DNA from: Solirubrobacterales bacterium
GTDB taxonomy: Bacteria; Actinomycetota; Thermoleophilia; Solirubrobacterales; 70-9
Assembly: GCA_038207745.1 (NCBI GenBank)
Contig: JBBQZL010000001.1
Coordinates: 1 to 54,519 of the forward strand
Direction of reading: 5' to 3'
DNA length: 54,519 bases
Made by a program: the position numbers and the translations under genes. Below, piece by piece: positions 1 through 9,858 of this stretch. The notes beneath the pieces are model-generated. The model did not search any database. It was given only the letters and a program-made list of their open reading frames with translations, and was not told the DNA's origin. Position 1 is the first letter of the stretch, and each line of letters begins with the position of its first letter.

Positions 1-294
1 CTTGCCGTCCCGACGGCACTGCTGATGCTCTGCTGCGCCGCGCTCAGCGCAACCAATGATCCCTATGCCTATCTGAGCACGCCGGCGATCGGGTATGCGC
101 AGAGTGTGATCCCGATCGTCGTCTCGATAATCGGTGTCGGCGTTCCAATCCTGGTCGCCCGCGAGGCTGCCCGGCAGGGACACTCCGCCGTCGGGGCGGC
201 GATCGGCGTTGAGCTGAACTTCGTGATTATCTGCGTGGCATCGATCTGGTGGCTCGGCCGCCGGATCGCAAAACGTTCGCCGGTGACCCCATGA
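1..294 (+). CDS. membrane protein, C-terminal fragment (5' end outside window)
   Basis: Frame is open from base 1. Hydrophobic segments IPIVVSIIGVGVPILVA and FVIICVASIWWL. Mostly G/C third positions. Stop TGA 292-294 overlaps ATG 291 of the next gene (ATGA). Confidence 0.4.
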   Translation, partial: LAVPTALLMLCCAALSATNDPYAYLSTPAIGYAQSVIPIVVSIIGVGVPILVAREAARQGHSAVGAAIGVELNFVIICVASIWWLGRRIAKRSPVTP

Positions 295-1019
295 AACAGA
301 AGTCAGCCTTTCACGCCACCTCAGAGAAACCATCCAACCCGGATGCGGTTCTCGAGGTGCTTGGCCTCGGCCACGAGTACGGCGATCTCGTTGCCCTCGC
401 GCCGCTTGACCTCGCTGTGGAGCCCGGTGAGCTGGTCGCGCTTGTCGGACCCAATGGTGCGGGCAAGACGACGTTCCTGACCGTTGTCGCCGGGCTTCTC
501 GAGCCCTTCTCCGGTCGCGTAAATGTCGCAGGCGCGCCCGCCGGTTCCCTCGCAGCGAGGGCGGCGACCTCGTACGTCCCGGACGTGCCGGTTCTGTATG
601 ACGACCTGAGCCTGATCGAGCACCTCGAATACATCGCCCGCCTGCACGGAGTCGAGGAGTGGCAGCCGCGGGCAGATGAGCTGCTCGAGGACCTCGGGAT
701 GGAGAAGTGGGGTGACTCGCTTCCGTCCGAGTTCAGCCGCGGGATGCGCCAGAAGGCATCGCTGGCGCTGGGACTCGTCCGGCCCTTCTCTCTTCTCCTG
801 GCCGACGAGCCATTCGACGGCCTCGACGCCGAGAGCCGCTCGGCCCTTTTCAAGCTGCTGGATGACGCGCGTGCCACGGGAGCGGCCGTGATCGTCTCCA
901 CACACCGAAGCGAGGTTGTCGAGTCGGCGACGCGCTGCGTCGCGCTCCGGGACGGCACACTTGCCTACGACGGAGCGCCCGACCCGGAGGTGATTGCCGA
1001 CTTCGTCAAGGGCGCCTGA
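291..1019 (+). CDS. ABC transporter ATP-binding protein
   Basis: Walker A GPNGAGKTT, signature-like FSRGMRQKASLA, Walker B LLLADEPFDGLD. ATG 291 is coupled to the upstream stop; ATG 249 is an alternative start. Confidence 0.85.
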   Translation: MKQKSAFHATSEKPSNPDAVLEVLGLGHEYGDLVALAPLDLAVEPGELVALVGPNGAGKTTFLTVVAGLLEPFSGRVNVAGAPAGSLAARAATSYVPDVPVLYDDLSLIEHLEYIARLHGVEEWQPRADELLEDLGMEKWGDSLPSEFSRGMRQKASLALGLVRPFSLLLADEPFDGLDAESRSALFKLLDDARATGAAVIVSTHRSEVVESATRCVALRDGTLAYDGAPDPEVIADFVKGA

Positions 1020-2047
1020 ACGCCGGGCGCCTCAGTGTACGACCCATGGCCGGACCTCGACATCTCTTCGCAGACGTACTCGACGATCGTCGGATCGAAC
1101 TGAGAACCGGCACAGTTCCTCAGCTCGGCCAGCGCCGCGCCCTGGCTCCTTGGGCTCCGGTACGGCCGGTCCTGGGTCATCGCATCGAAGGCATCGCAAA
1201 TTGAGATCACACGGGCGCTGACCGGGATCTCCTCGGCAGCCAGCCCATCCGGGTAGCCGCCGCCGTCCCATCTCTCGTGAGTTGATCGAACGATCGCCGC
1301 AACCTCGGCAAGCGCCGGGGCTGCACTGAGGATGCGCTCGCCGATGATCGTGTGCGTCCTCATCAGCTCCCACTCGAGTTCATCCAGCGGTCTCGGCTTG
1401 TAGAGGACATCGTCGGGGATCGCGACCTTTCCGACATCGTGCATCTCAGCTGCCCGCGCAAGCACGTCGAGGTCATCAGCAGTGAAGCCCATCCGTCTTC
1501 CCACTGCAAGTGCCAGTGATGCGACCCCCACCAGGTGCTCGCTCAGCGAAGGCGCGCGCTCCTCGAGAACGCGGAGCAGGACGCTTCGCGTCTGCTGGTC
1601 GGCGGCGTTGGTTCGCGAGCCCTTGGACGAATACATCCGCCGATCCGCCCGTCGCTTTGCCTCATCGGGATCACGCGTTTCAGCCGGCAGGCTGACAGAG
1701 CCGAAGGAAGCTCCAACCGTAAAGCCGGCGCCGACTTCGGTCAGAGCCTCCTGCGCGGGCGCCAGTGCCTGCTCGGCGCCACCGATACCGGGTGCGACCA
1801 TCACGCAGAATTCATCGCCGCCCAACCTGTAGGCGGATCCGACCGGTGCCACCGCCGCGGCGAGACTTGCGCTGACACGCTGAAGGAGAAGGTCCCCGGC
1901 CGGGTGTCCAAAGCTGTCGTTATGGGCCTTGAATCCATCCAGATCGAAGAGCGCGAGCAGGAAGGGTTCGGTGTCTCGCTCCAGCCTCTCATAGAGGTCC
2001 CGAAAAAGCCGGCGACGATTACCAAGCCCGGTCAGTGCATCGGTCAC
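965..2047 (-). CDS. GGDEF diguanylate cyclase domain fused to HD-GYP phosphodiesterase domain
   Basis: DALTGLGNRRR and RLGGDEFCVM (GGDEF); HDVGKVAIPD and HERWDGGGYPDGL (HD-GYP). The GTG start lies directly at the GGDEF domain boundary. The same frame continues upstream across one TGA. Confidence 0.85.
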   Translation of the reverse strand: MTDALTGLGNRRRLFRDLYERLERDTEPFLLALFDLDGFKAHNDSFGHPAGDLLLQRVSASLAAAVAPVGSAYRLGGDEFCVMVAPGIGGAEQALAPAQEALTEVGAGFTVGASFGSVSLPAETRDPDEAKRRADRRMYSSKGSRTNAADQQTRSVLLRVLEERAPSLSEHLVGVASLALAVGRRMGFTADDLDVLARAAEMHDVGKVAIPDDVLYKPRPLDELEWELMRTHTIIGERILSAAPALAEVAAIVRSTHERWDGGGYPDGLAAEEIPVSARVISICDAFDAMTQDRPYRSPRSQGAALAELRNCAGSQFDPTIVEYVCEEMSRSGHGSYTEAPGVQAPLTKSAITSGSGAPS

Positions 2048-2074
2048 GGCCTCGTCGTGGACGAGTTCGGAAAG

Positions 2075-2807
2075 TCAGCGATTATCGGAAGCGCTGAGCA
2101 GAAGTCGCGCACAGACGGCGACCAATGTGAGGGAGGCGAGAACGACCGAGGAATCCGGCAACTGCGCAAAGTGGTCCCAGGTCAGGATGGTGACTGCGGC
2201 CACGGCTGCAAACACGGGATAGGTGATCGATCGCCACGGTCGGGTCGATATCGCAAAGCCGGCTGCGCGCGGGATCGCTGCGGCCGCGATCAGGACGTTA
2301 CCGACCACCCAGAACGAATTGATGAACTCACTTGTGGTGTAGGTGCCCTTCGCCTGCTGATAGAGAAAGATGCCGTCGGCGATGCTCCAGAGCGTGAGGC
2401 CGGCTCCGATCACCAGCAACTGCCGGCTCGGCCGTCTGCCGCTGACGATTGCCAGGCCGGCGATGAAGGAGACCAGCAGGAGGTCGGCGACCGGATAGGC
2501 GATGTTGGTAAGTGCGGCGGTTGTCCCCCCGGTGGTCAGCCCGACCAGTGCGGGCGCCAGCAGCGCGGCAGCTATCGCGCCGACTGCGAGCGCGGCGATC
2601 GCTATAGAAGGTCGCCCGGAGCAGACAGGTCGCGGCGGCGGCGATCGAGACGGCGGGGGGAAGCCACCCGCCACCGAGATCGTCAAGAGCGGGGCGCCAT
2701 GCACCCATCGTCCACGCCACGAAAACGCACAGCCCTGCCACCGCGAAGGCAAGCGGAAGCAACATGATCGCCTGGCGCCTGTCCTGCAATTTGAGAAGAG
2801 TCGGCAT
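2075..2807 (-). pseudogene. polytopic membrane sensor module, apparently the disrupted N-terminal part of the GGDEF/HD-GYP gene
   Basis: Hydrophobic helices lie in two frames. From ATG 2807 the frame reads MPTLLKLQDRRQAIMLLPLAFAVAGLCVF...SIAAAATCLLRA. From about 2610 a +1-shifted frame reads SIAIAALAVGAIAAALLAPALV...LLLSASDNR. That frame ends at TGA 2075-2077, which is in frame with the GGDEF ORF 27 nt downstream. Confidence 0.5.
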
Positions 2808-2982
2808 GAACCTTCCATCTATCGGCACACGGAGGGGATCACCTGACTCCCGATCCGGGCGACTCGGCCACTCTGAGGGTGAGTTACCGCGTACGAGGTT
2901 GGTGCCGGCAGACCACCGCCAAGTCAGGAATTGTGTTGCATGCGGGCGGGCGGCCCGTCGAGCCGCCACTAACTCTCGCGGG

Positions 2983-3014
2983 CCCCGCCAGACGCAAGAT
3001 TGCGTCTGGCGGGG
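2983..3014 (-). terminator. long perfect hairpin downstream of the small membrane protein gene
   Basis: ccccgccagacgcaa / ttgcgtctggcgggg inverted repeat 25 nt after the stop at 3040. No clear U-tract. Confidence 0.5.
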
Positions 3015-3039
3015 TGCGAGATGCTCGAACTGCCGAAGG

Positions 3040-3327
3040 CTAGATCCGGCCGGACGTCCTGGTGTTCTCCTCGATATCAACGATCACGCGAATGCCTTCG
3101 CCGACAGCGAAGAGGAACACCGCGTAGAGCACCGTGGTCGCGAGACCGAGAAGACCGATCCAGAGCCCGTGCAGGAATGTGTCACCGAAACCGTCGATCA
3201 TTCCGACAACCGACGCGGCGATGCCCAGGACGATCACGATCACCGCGAGAATATTCGCCACTCCGGCAATCGTCATCAGCGCCGGGTAGCGCCGCGTCTC
3301 CTCCACCGTACGGTCCACATCGTTCAT
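3040..3327 (-). CDS. small two-TM membrane protein (hypothetical)
   Basis: ATG 3327 is preceded by AAGGAGG. Two hydrophobic helices: IAGVANILAVIVIVLGIAASVVG and LWIGLLGLATTVLYAVFLFAV. Confidence 0.7.
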   Translation of the reverse strand: MNDVDRTVEETRRYPALMTIAGVANILAVIVIVLGIAASVVGMIDGFGDTFLHGLWIGLLGLATTVLYAVFLFAVGEGIRVIVDIEENTRTSGRI

Positions 3328-3621
3328 CAACGTCCTCCTTGGGAATCGGGGCGCCGCGGCAGGGGTTGTCCGCGATCGCATCGATCCTCTTCGGGGTCAC
3401 CGGCCCGATACCTACCCGGAGCAGGCACCCGCCGCTGCATGAATCCGAAGACCCTCAGCCGCATGCGGCGACGGAGGCGAAGCGCTTCCGGGTCTCGTTC
3501 AACCGGACGCCAGGAGATACGAGATCAACCTGATCCGATCCTGAACGCCCTACAAACCTGCGCCGGCCCGCCTCGTGGAAATCAACTCCTTCCTGCTGTC
3601 GGTGCGGTAGCGTCTGACGCC

Positions 3622-4497
3622 ATGCGATCGACTCTCGAGGGCAAGGGTGTTCTGATCACCGGAGCGGCGTCGGGAATTGGGTTGAACACTGCCCGGGGAC
3701 TGGTCGCCAGGGGTGCCCGCGTCGCGGTTGTCGATCTGGATGCGCAGGCCGCGGAGAGCGCGGCCGCGGAGCTCGGCGGAGATTGCTTTGGCCTCGGCGC
3801 GGACATCACTGACCGGGAGGCAATCGCTTCCGCGGTCGACTCCGCCGCCGGCCGATTGGGCGGGCTCGATGTGGTCGTGGCCAATGCCGGCGTCGGCTGG
3901 ATCGGCACCGCGCTCGAGATCGACCCGGACGTCTGGGAGCGAAATGTCGAGATCAACGTGCTCGGAACATGGCGGACGATCAAGCCATCGTTGCCTCACC
4001 TTGTTGAGAGCCGCGGATACCTTCTGGTCACCTCCTCCGTTGCCGCGCTTGCTGCCGTGCCGGCACTCTCGGCCTACGCGCTGAGTCGTTCCGCGACCGA
4101 GTCGCTCGGCGGGACGCTGCGCGTAGAGCTTGCCCACCACGGTGTTGATGTCGGCGTCGCCTATTACTCCTGGATCAAGACTCCCCTGGTCAGTGGTGGA
4201 GACGACGTGCCCGCCTTCGGCCGATTCCGGTCTTCGCTGCGCTGGCCGCTCTCCAGGACCTACAAGGTCGAGGACGCCGCCGCCGCAACCGTCAAGGGAA
4301 TCGAAAGGCGATCCAGAAGAGTGATGTACCCGGGCTGGATTTGCCCGATGTTCGCGATGCGGGGGATGCTCGGTCCGATGGCCGAGCGCGACGGGCTCAG
4401 GGCGATGCCCGAGATCGAGCAACTCGACCGCGAGGAGATTGAGCGGGTCGGCCCGAAGCTGGCGCCCCTGCCACCCGCGCAGCGGCCGGGCGGCTGA
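3622..4497 (+). CDS. SDR family oxidoreductase
   Basis: KGVLITGAASGIGLNTA Rossmann motif, NAGVG. The long upstream extension of the ORF (2764-3621) is Arg-rich and non-protein-like. Confidence 0.85.
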   Translation: MRSTLEGKGVLITGAASGIGLNTARGLVARGARVAVVDLDAQAAESAAAELGGDCFGLGADITDREAIASAVDSAAGRLGGLDVVVANAGVGWIGTALEIDPDVWERNVEINVLGTWRTIKPSLPHLVESRGYLLVTSSVAALAAVPALSAYALSRSATESLGGTLRVELAHHGVDVGVAYYSWIKTPLVSGGDDVPAFGRFRSSLRWPLSRTYKVEDAAAATVKGIERRSRRVMYPGWICPMFAMRGMLGPMAERDGLRAMPEIEQLDREEIERVGPKLAPLPPAQRPGG

Positions 4498-4504
4498 GCG
4501 GCAG

Positions 4505-5374
4505 TTAGCGAAGCGCCTCGAGCAGCTCGTCGATCGTCGGTATCTCGCCTGCTCCTGGCAATCCGACTGACGCAAGCAGCTCGGCGCGGACCTGATCAGC
4601 AGAGTCTCCGCCGGCGAGTCGCTCTCCGAGCGTCACCGCCCCGTGGCGCTTCGCGAGCCGCTCTCCGTCGGGACCCAGCATCAGCGGGACGTGGGCAAAC
4701 GAGGTTGGCGCCCTGACCTCGAGCGTCCGCGCCAGCCAGAGCTGGCGGCCCGTCGAACCGAGCAGGTCGTCCCCGCGGACGACCTCTTCGATCCCCTGTT
4801 CGGCGTCGTCGACCACCGTGGCGAGGTTGTAGGCGTGGACACCGTCATTGCGGCGGACCACGAAGTCATCGACCACCCCGGTCACGGTGCCATGGATCCG
4901 GTCCTCGAACCCAACCGTCGCGGCTTCGGCCCGAACTCTCAGCGCAGGAGGACGGCCAGATGCAACCAGCTCCCGGCGGCGCTCCACGGACAGGTCGCGG
5001 CAGGTTCCCGGATAGGCGCCCTCGGGCAGATCGACATGGGGCGCCGAGACGGCGCTTCGGATCTCGGCCCGGGTGCAATAGCACTCGTAGACCGAGTCGC
5101 CCGCGATCAACGGCCCCAGGGCCTCGCCGTAGATATGCGCACGACGGCTCTGGAAGATCGGATCCTCGTCCCAATCGACGCCGATCGCCCGGAGATCTCC
5201 GAGCTGCCGCTCCACCCAATCTGGACGCGAGCGCTCGGGGTCCAGGTCATCGACGCGAAGCAGGAAGCGGCTTCGCTGCGCGCGCGCAAAGAACTGCGCC
5301 AGGAGGGCGGTACGAAGGTTGCCGAGGTGGAGCTCGCCGGTCGGGCTCGGTGCGTATCTGCCGTCGGCACTCAT
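4505..5374 (-). CDS. gluQ: tRNA glutamyl-Q(34) synthetase (truncated GluRS paralog)
   Basis: [18 protein letters not shown] (HIGH-type motif). About 290 aa with no anticodon-binding domain. The ATG overlaps the upstream stop (ATGA). Confidence 0.8.
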   Translation of the reverse strand: MSADGRYAPSPTGELHLGNLRTALLAQFFARAQRSRFLLRVDDLDPERSRPDWVERQLGDLRAIGVDWDEDPIFQSRRAHIYGEALGPLIAGDSVYECYCTRAEIRSAVSAPHVDLPEGAYPGTCRDLSVERRRELVASGRPPALRVRAEAATVGFEDRIHGTVTGVVDDFVVRRNDGVHAYNLATVVDDAEQGIEEVVRGDDLLGSTGRQLWLARTLEVRAPTSFAHVPLMLGPDGERLAKRHGAVTLGERLAGGDSADQVRAELLASVGLPGAGEIPTIDELLEALR

Positions 5375-6663
5375 CGGGCCATCTCACCAACCGCGTTCCC
5401 GGCCTCGTTTACGGCGTCCGCAAGCTGTGGCGCGAGGTCGCCGCGCGGCTCAACTCCAACGGCGACGAGGCCGAGCCATCCGGCCATCGAGGCAAGTTCC
5501 GCAGCCAGCTCGGTGGCGGTCTCCGACGGGGCATCGACCTCCCCGTGGGCCGCTCGCACGATCAACACACGCTCGGAGCGATCGGCCTTGAGATCGACCC
5601 GGGCCACCAGGCGATCTCCGAGCAGGAACGGGAGGACGTAATAGCCATGGACGCGCTTCTCCGCCGGGACATAGATCTCGATCCGGTAGCGAAAGCCGAA
5701 GAGCTGCTCGATCCGCTCGCGCTCGAAGACCAATGGATCAAACGGTGAGAGCAGGGCCCGGGCATCGACCTGCCTCGGTCGTCGTGCATTCCGGTGCAGA
5801 TACGCCGGCTTCTCAAAGCTCTCGACCGAAGCTGCAAGCAGCGTGCCGTCGTCAACGAGCTCTGCGATCGCCTGCCTTGCCTGGGGAGCCGAGAGCCTGA
5901 AGTAGTCCCGAAGGCAGCGCTCTGTCGCGATCCCATGGGCCTTGGCCGAGATCGCGACCAACTCCCTGGCCGCCTCCCCGGAACTCGGATCCGGGGCATT
6001 CGCAATCTCCGCGGGCAGGACACGGCCTGGAAGGTCGTAGAGGCGCTGGAACTGCGCGGTGCGACCTGAAGCGGTGACCCGGCCGGTCCAGAACAGGTAC
6101 TCCACCGCCGACTTGACCGCAGACCAGTTCCAGCCCCATTGGTCCCTGGTCCGCAGATGGTCGTGCTCGATCGCCGCCTCGATATCCGTCGCCGTGATCG
6201 GTCTCCGCTTACCCACCTCGAGTGCAACGGCCTCGACCAGCTCCGGTGCGTCGACGGCAATCCGCCGGATCATCCCCCAGGCCTTCGTGTCTGCCTCGGT
6301 CATCCTCCATCTGAGCAATCGGTGGGTTGAGGGCGGGATCAGTGAAGCCTCATGGGCCCAGTACTCGACCAGCCGCCGCGGGCTCTTCGAGCTGGCGCGA
6401 TCCAGCAGAGCAGTGTCGTAGGGACCGAGACGGCTGAACAGCGGCATCAGATGGCTGCGGACGCAGACGTTGACCGAGTCGATCTGGATCACCCCGATTC
6501 GATCGATCACCCGTTGGGCGTGGCGCATCGTCACGGCATTGGTGGGTTCCGCGTCTGTGAAGCCCTGGGCCGCAAGCGCGATCCGGCGGGCCGCCCCGGC
6601 ATTGATCCGCAGCGGCGCAGCCGAATGCGGATGCGATCGATCTCTGAGCCTGGGCTGCCTCAC
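5371..6663 (-). CDS. winged-helix DNA-binding protein, YcaQ/AlkZ-like (crosslink-repair glycosylase family)
   Basis: [60 protein letters not shown] are typical of the family. Confidence 0.7.
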   Translation of the reverse strand: MRQPRLRDRSHPHSAAPLRINAGAARRIALAAQGFTDAEPTNAVTMRHAQRVIDRIGVIQIDSVNVCVRSHLMPLFSRLGPYDTALLDRASSKSPRRLVEYWAHEASLIPPSTHRLLRWRMTEADTKAWGMIRRIAVDAPELVEAVALEVGKRRPITATDIEAAIEHDHLRTRDQWGWNWSAVKSAVEYLFWTGRVTASGRTAQFQRLYDLPGRVLPAEIANAPDPSSGEAARELVAISAKAHGIATERCLRDYFRLSAPQARQAIAELVDDGTLLAASVESFEKPAYLHRNARRPRQVDARALLSPFDPLVFERERIEQLFGFRYRIEIYVPAEKRVHGYYVLPFLLGDRLVARVDLKADRSERVLIVRAAHGEVDAPSETATELAAELASMAGWLGLVAVGVEPRGDLAPQLADAVNEAGNAVGEMAR

Positions 6664-6698
6664 CGGACAGATGATCCCCTGCCGGCGAAATCACGGCC

Positions 6699-6740
6699 TT
6701 GACAGGATCGGCTCGATGTGTAAACTACTGCTATTAGTTT
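6699..6740 (+). promoter_or_regulatory. candidate promoter (TTGACA-16 nt-TAAACT) overlapping inverted repeat AAACTA-N7-TAGTTT
   Basis: A locally AT-rich island in GC-rich DNA, 40-80 nt upstream of the MBL-TetR gene pair. GAAAGG lies before ATG 6783. Confidence 0.45.
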
Positions 6741-6782
6741 TGCTCCTAACACCAATAGTCCCAGGATCAGAAAGGCGATCGG

Positions 6783-7475
6783 ATGAAGATCCAGCAGCAC
6801 ACCGACAATCTCACGCAGCTGACCCGATTCGGATGCGTCAACGCCTACCTCGTCCGCGAGGAAGACGGTCTGACGCTCGTCGACACAACCGTCAAGGCTT
6901 CGGCGAAGGAGATACTCGCCGCCGCCGAGCAGCTCGGCTCCCCGATCAGGCGGATCATCCTCACCCACGCACATGCCGATCACTCCGGCTCGTTACAGGC
7001 GCTGATCGAGGCGCTCCCCGATGCCGAGTACGGCGTCTCGGCTCGCGAGGCGCGCTTTCTCGCCGGCGAACGAACACTCGACAACGGCGAGTCCGGCAAG
7101 AAGCTGAAGGGCGGATTCATCACCATCGAGGCCAAACCGGACCTGCTGGTCGCCGAGGGTGATCGGATCGGATCCCTCGAGGCCATCTCGACGCCCGGGC
7201 ACAGTCCCGGTCATCTCTCCTTCATCGATGTCCGGGACCGCTCGCTGATCGCAGGCGATGTCTTCACGACGATCGCCGGAGTGCGCTCTACCAGCCGGAT
7301 CAATCCGCTGTTTCCATTTGCCGGCATGGCGACCACGGACGGCCCCACGGATCTGGAGTCGGCGAGAAAGCTGGCCGGGATCGAGTCGAGCCTGATGGTC
7401 GTCGGCCACGGCAGGATGATCAAGGACCCCAACCCGGCGATGCGCACGGCGATCGAACGCGCGACCGGGCTATAG
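6783..7475 (+). CDS. MBL-fold metallo-hydrolase
   Basis: LTHAHADHSGS (HxHxDH) and a distal TPGHSPGH. Confidence 0.85.
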   Translation: MKIQQHTDNLTQLTRFGCVNAYLVREEDGLTLVDTTVKASAKEILAAAEQLGSPIRRIILTHAHADHSGSLQALIEALPDAEYGVSAREARFLAGERTLDNGESGKKLKGGFITIEAKPDLLVAEGDRIGSLEAISTPGHSPGHLSFIDVRDRSLIAGDVFTTIAGVRSTSRINPLFPFAGMATTDGPTDLESARKLAGIESSLMVVGHGRMIKDPNPAMRTAIERATGL

Positions 7476-7478
7476 ACG

Positions 7479-8045
7479 ATGGCAAGGGCCGGCCTCAGCA
7501 AGGATCTCGTCGTCGACGCGGCGATCCGGATCGCCAACCGGGACGGCACCGGCGCCGTCACCCTGGCCCGGGTCGCGAGCGACCTGGAGGTCCGGACTCC
7601 GAGCCTCTACAACCACATCGGTGGCCTTGGGGATCTGAGGCGCGAGATCGCTCTGAGGACCATCCACGAGCTCGGTGATGTTCTCGCCCACGCGGCGGTC
7701 GGGCTGGCCCGGGATGACGCGCTGCGCTCAATCGCAGGAGCCTACCGGCAGTTCGCCTTCGACCACCGTGGAACCTACGGCGCGACGCTCGCGGCCCCTG
7801 ACCCCGCGGATTCCGAGCACCTGGCGGCGGCCTCCAAAGCCATCGAGGTGATCGTCACCGTCCTCGCGGGCTACGGGATCAGCGGCGACGAGGCGATCCA
7901 CGCGACCCGCTCACTGCGCAGCGCGATGCACGGCTTCTCGAGCCTCGAACTCGATGGGGGATTCGGAATCGACCTCGACCCCGACCAGAGCCATGAGTGG
8001 ATGATCGAGCTTCTCCTGGGGGGGATTTCGCGCCTCACCGCCTGA
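7479..8045 (+). CDS. TetR/AcrR family transcriptional regulator
   Basis: N-terminal HTH: VVDAAIRIANRDGTGAVTLARVASDLEVRTPSLYNHI. Confidence 0.85.
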   Translation: MARAGLSKDLVVDAAIRIANRDGTGAVTLARVASDLEVRTPSLYNHIGGLGDLRREIALRTIHELGDVLAHAAVGLARDDALRSIAGAYRQFAFDHRGTYGATLAAPDPADSEHLAAASKAIEVIVTVLAGYGISGDEAIHATRSLRSAMHGFSSLELDGGFGIDLDPDQSHEWMIELLLGGISRLTA

Positions 8046-8098
8046 ACGGAAGCGTTCATCTCTGCCGTTGATCGGTGTCCCCTGCGACAATCCGGGCG

Positions 8099-9025
8099 AT
8101 GCGCGTCAACGAAATCCTTTCCGAGAGTGGCCCGACCTTCTCAATCGAGTTCTTCCCGCCCAGGTCAGACCAGGCCAGGGAGGAGCTCTACGAGACGGCG
8201 AGGAGCCTCCGGGAGCTGAGCCCGGACTTCGTATCCGTCACCTACGGTGCCGGCGGCTCGACGCGTGATGGAACCATCGAGATCACGCGGGCGCTCAAGG
8301 ACGAGATCGGCCTCGAGGTCGTCGCCCACCTGAGCTGCGTAGGTGAACCGGCCGATGGACTTGCCGAGACGCTGAAGAGGATCGAGGGCGCGGGGATCGA
8401 GAACATCTTCGCGCTGCGCGGTGACCCACCCACGGGTGAGGAGAACTTCGTCCAGCCGGTCGGCGGCCTCGGCAGCGCCGCCGAGCTTGCCTCCTTCATC
8501 AAGGAGCGCCACGACTTCTCGGTTGGCGGCGCCTGCTTTCCGGAGGTTCATCCCGAGGCAGTCGATCTCGACACGGACCTCAACTATCTGAAGACCAAGG
8601 TCGATGCCGGGGCCGAGTATCTGATCACCCAGCTCTTCTTTGACAATCAGGTCTACTTCGACTTCGTTGCCGCGGCGCGCGAGAAGGGGATCGACGTTCC
8701 GATCATCCCGGGGGTGATCCCGGTCTCGACCCTCGAACAGACGCAGCGGATCTGCGCCCGCTGCGACGCAAGCATCCCCGAGAAGCTCGAGATCGCGATG
8801 CAGGGAGCAGGAGGAGACCCCGAGGCCGAGTTCCAGTTCGGGATCGCCTATGCGGCCCAGCAATGCGCCGAACTGCTGATCCGCGGTGCCCCCGGCATCC
8901 ACTTCTACGCCCTCAACCGTGCACCGGCGACGCGGGCGGTCCTCGCATCTCTCAAAGCCTCGAGACCCTGGGAGCGTGCCTTCCCCGAGGCCGCAGGCGT
9001 CGCCGAGCTGACCCGAAGGGCATAG
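8099..9025 (+). CDS. metF: methylenetetrahydrofolate reductase
   Basis: FSIEFFPPRSDQ, VSVTYGAGGSTRD, ALRGDPP. Start chosen at ATG 8099 (MRVNEIL). Confidence 0.85.
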   Translation: MRVNEILSESGPTFSIEFFPPRSDQAREELYETARSLRELSPDFVSVTYGAGGSTRDGTIEITRALKDEIGLEVVAHLSCVGEPADGLAETLKRIEGAGIENIFALRGDPPTGEENFVQPVGGLGSAAELASFIKERHDFSVGGACFPEVHPEAVDLDTDLNYLKTKVDAGAEYLITQLFFDNQVYFDFVAAAREKGIDVPIIPGVIPVSTLEQTQRICARCDASIPEKLEIAMQGAGGDPEAEFQFGIAYAAQQCAELLIRGAPGIHFYALNRAPATRAVLASLKASRPWERAFPEAAGVAELTRRA

Positions 9026-9036
9026 GCCAGATACCA

Positions 9037-9858
9037 ATGGGCGAGTTCACTTTCGAAGGTTCACGGATCGCGTACGACGAATACGGGTCCGGCGACCGGG
9101 TGTTCGTGATGATGCATGGCCTGCTGATGAACGCCCACATGTTCGACCTTCTCGGCCCCGAGATCGCCGATCGCGGAAACCGGGTCATCTGTCTCGACCT
9201 GCTGGGCCACGGCCGCTCCGACAAGCCAAACGATCTGCAGCGCTACTCGATGCCCCTGTTTTCGAAGCAGGTGGAGGCCCTGCTCGATCACCTCGGCGTC
9301 GAACAGGCGGTTGTCGGCGGCACCTCACTGGGCGCAAACGTGACCCTTGAGCTGGCAACGCGCGAGCCAGATCGCGTCAAGGCGCTGTTTCTGGAGATGC
9401 CGGTGCTCGAGGATGCCCTCGCCGCCGTTGCCGGTCTCTTCACCCCCGTCCTGCTCTCGCTGCGCTTCGGTAAGCCGTTCTTCGGGCTGCTGGCAAAGGG
9501 CACGTCGCTGGTGCCGAGGACGACGCTGCTTGCCGACATCGCACTCGATTGGATCCGCCGTGATCCCGACACATCGATCGCGGTGCTCGAAGGGCTGCTG
9601 CTGGGAGAGACAGCGCCGCCGACACATGAGCGGCGCAAGATCGAACAGCCTGCGCTGATCGTCCGCCACACCGGGGACCCGCTTCACCCGTTCAGCGACT
9701 CGGAGATGCTGGCCGAGGAGATCAAGGCTGCCCGGGTTGTCGATGCAAAATCACCGCTCGAGTGGCGAATCCGATCCTCGCGGCTGAACGACGAACTTGC
9801 GACATTTCTCGACCACGTCTGGTCACACCGCGAAGCGGAGTCGCCCGCCGTTGGCTGA
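9037..9858 (+). CDS. alpha/beta-fold hydrolase
   Basis: VMMHGLLMN, nucleophile elbow GTSLGA. ATG 9037 follows the metF stop. Confidence 0.8.
   Translation: MGEFTFEGSRIAYDEYGSGDRVFVMMHGLLMNAHMFDLLGPEIADRGNRVICLDLLGHGRSDKPNDLQRYSMPLFSKQVEALLDHLGVEQAVVGGTSLGANVTLELATREPDRVKALFLEMPVLEDALAAVAGLFTPVLLSLRFGKPFFGLLAKGTSLVPRTTLLADIALDWIRRDPDTSIAVLEGLLLGETAPPTHERRKIEQPALIVRHTGDPLHPFSDSEMLAEEIKAARVVDAKSPLEWRIRSSRLNDELATFLDHVWSHREAESPAVG

Noticed and set aside
1535-2767. 410-aa plus-strand ORF overlapping the GGDEF/HD-GYP and membrane-module genes
   Set aside because: It is antisense to a motif-rich gene and its product is Arg/Gly/Asp-rich with no recognisable domain. This is the typical shadow ORF of GC-rich DNA. 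The same applies to 311-958, 321-905, 4643-5641, 8165-9037, 14093-15163, 15274-16275, 16527-17178, 20180-21241, 20529-21953, 24258-25364, 26982-28031, 27212-28033, 33451-34914, 39503-41062, 41701-42744, 45178-46320, 49401-50126, 50358-51431 and 52320-53141.
2821-2885. tRNA-Leu/Ser-like string on the minus strand (gtggccgagt...aggttca) upstream of the membrane-module gene
   Set aside because: The only good stem (GGATC/GATCC) encloses an 11-nt loop. There is no T arm or acceptor pairing, and the 3' part overlaps the ATG at 2807.
2764-3621. Long N-terminal extension of the SDR ORF (577 aa in total)
   Set aside because: The extension is Arg/Ser/Pro-rich, overlaps the well-supported small membrane gene on the other strand, and the SDR Rossmann motif begins right after ATG 3622.
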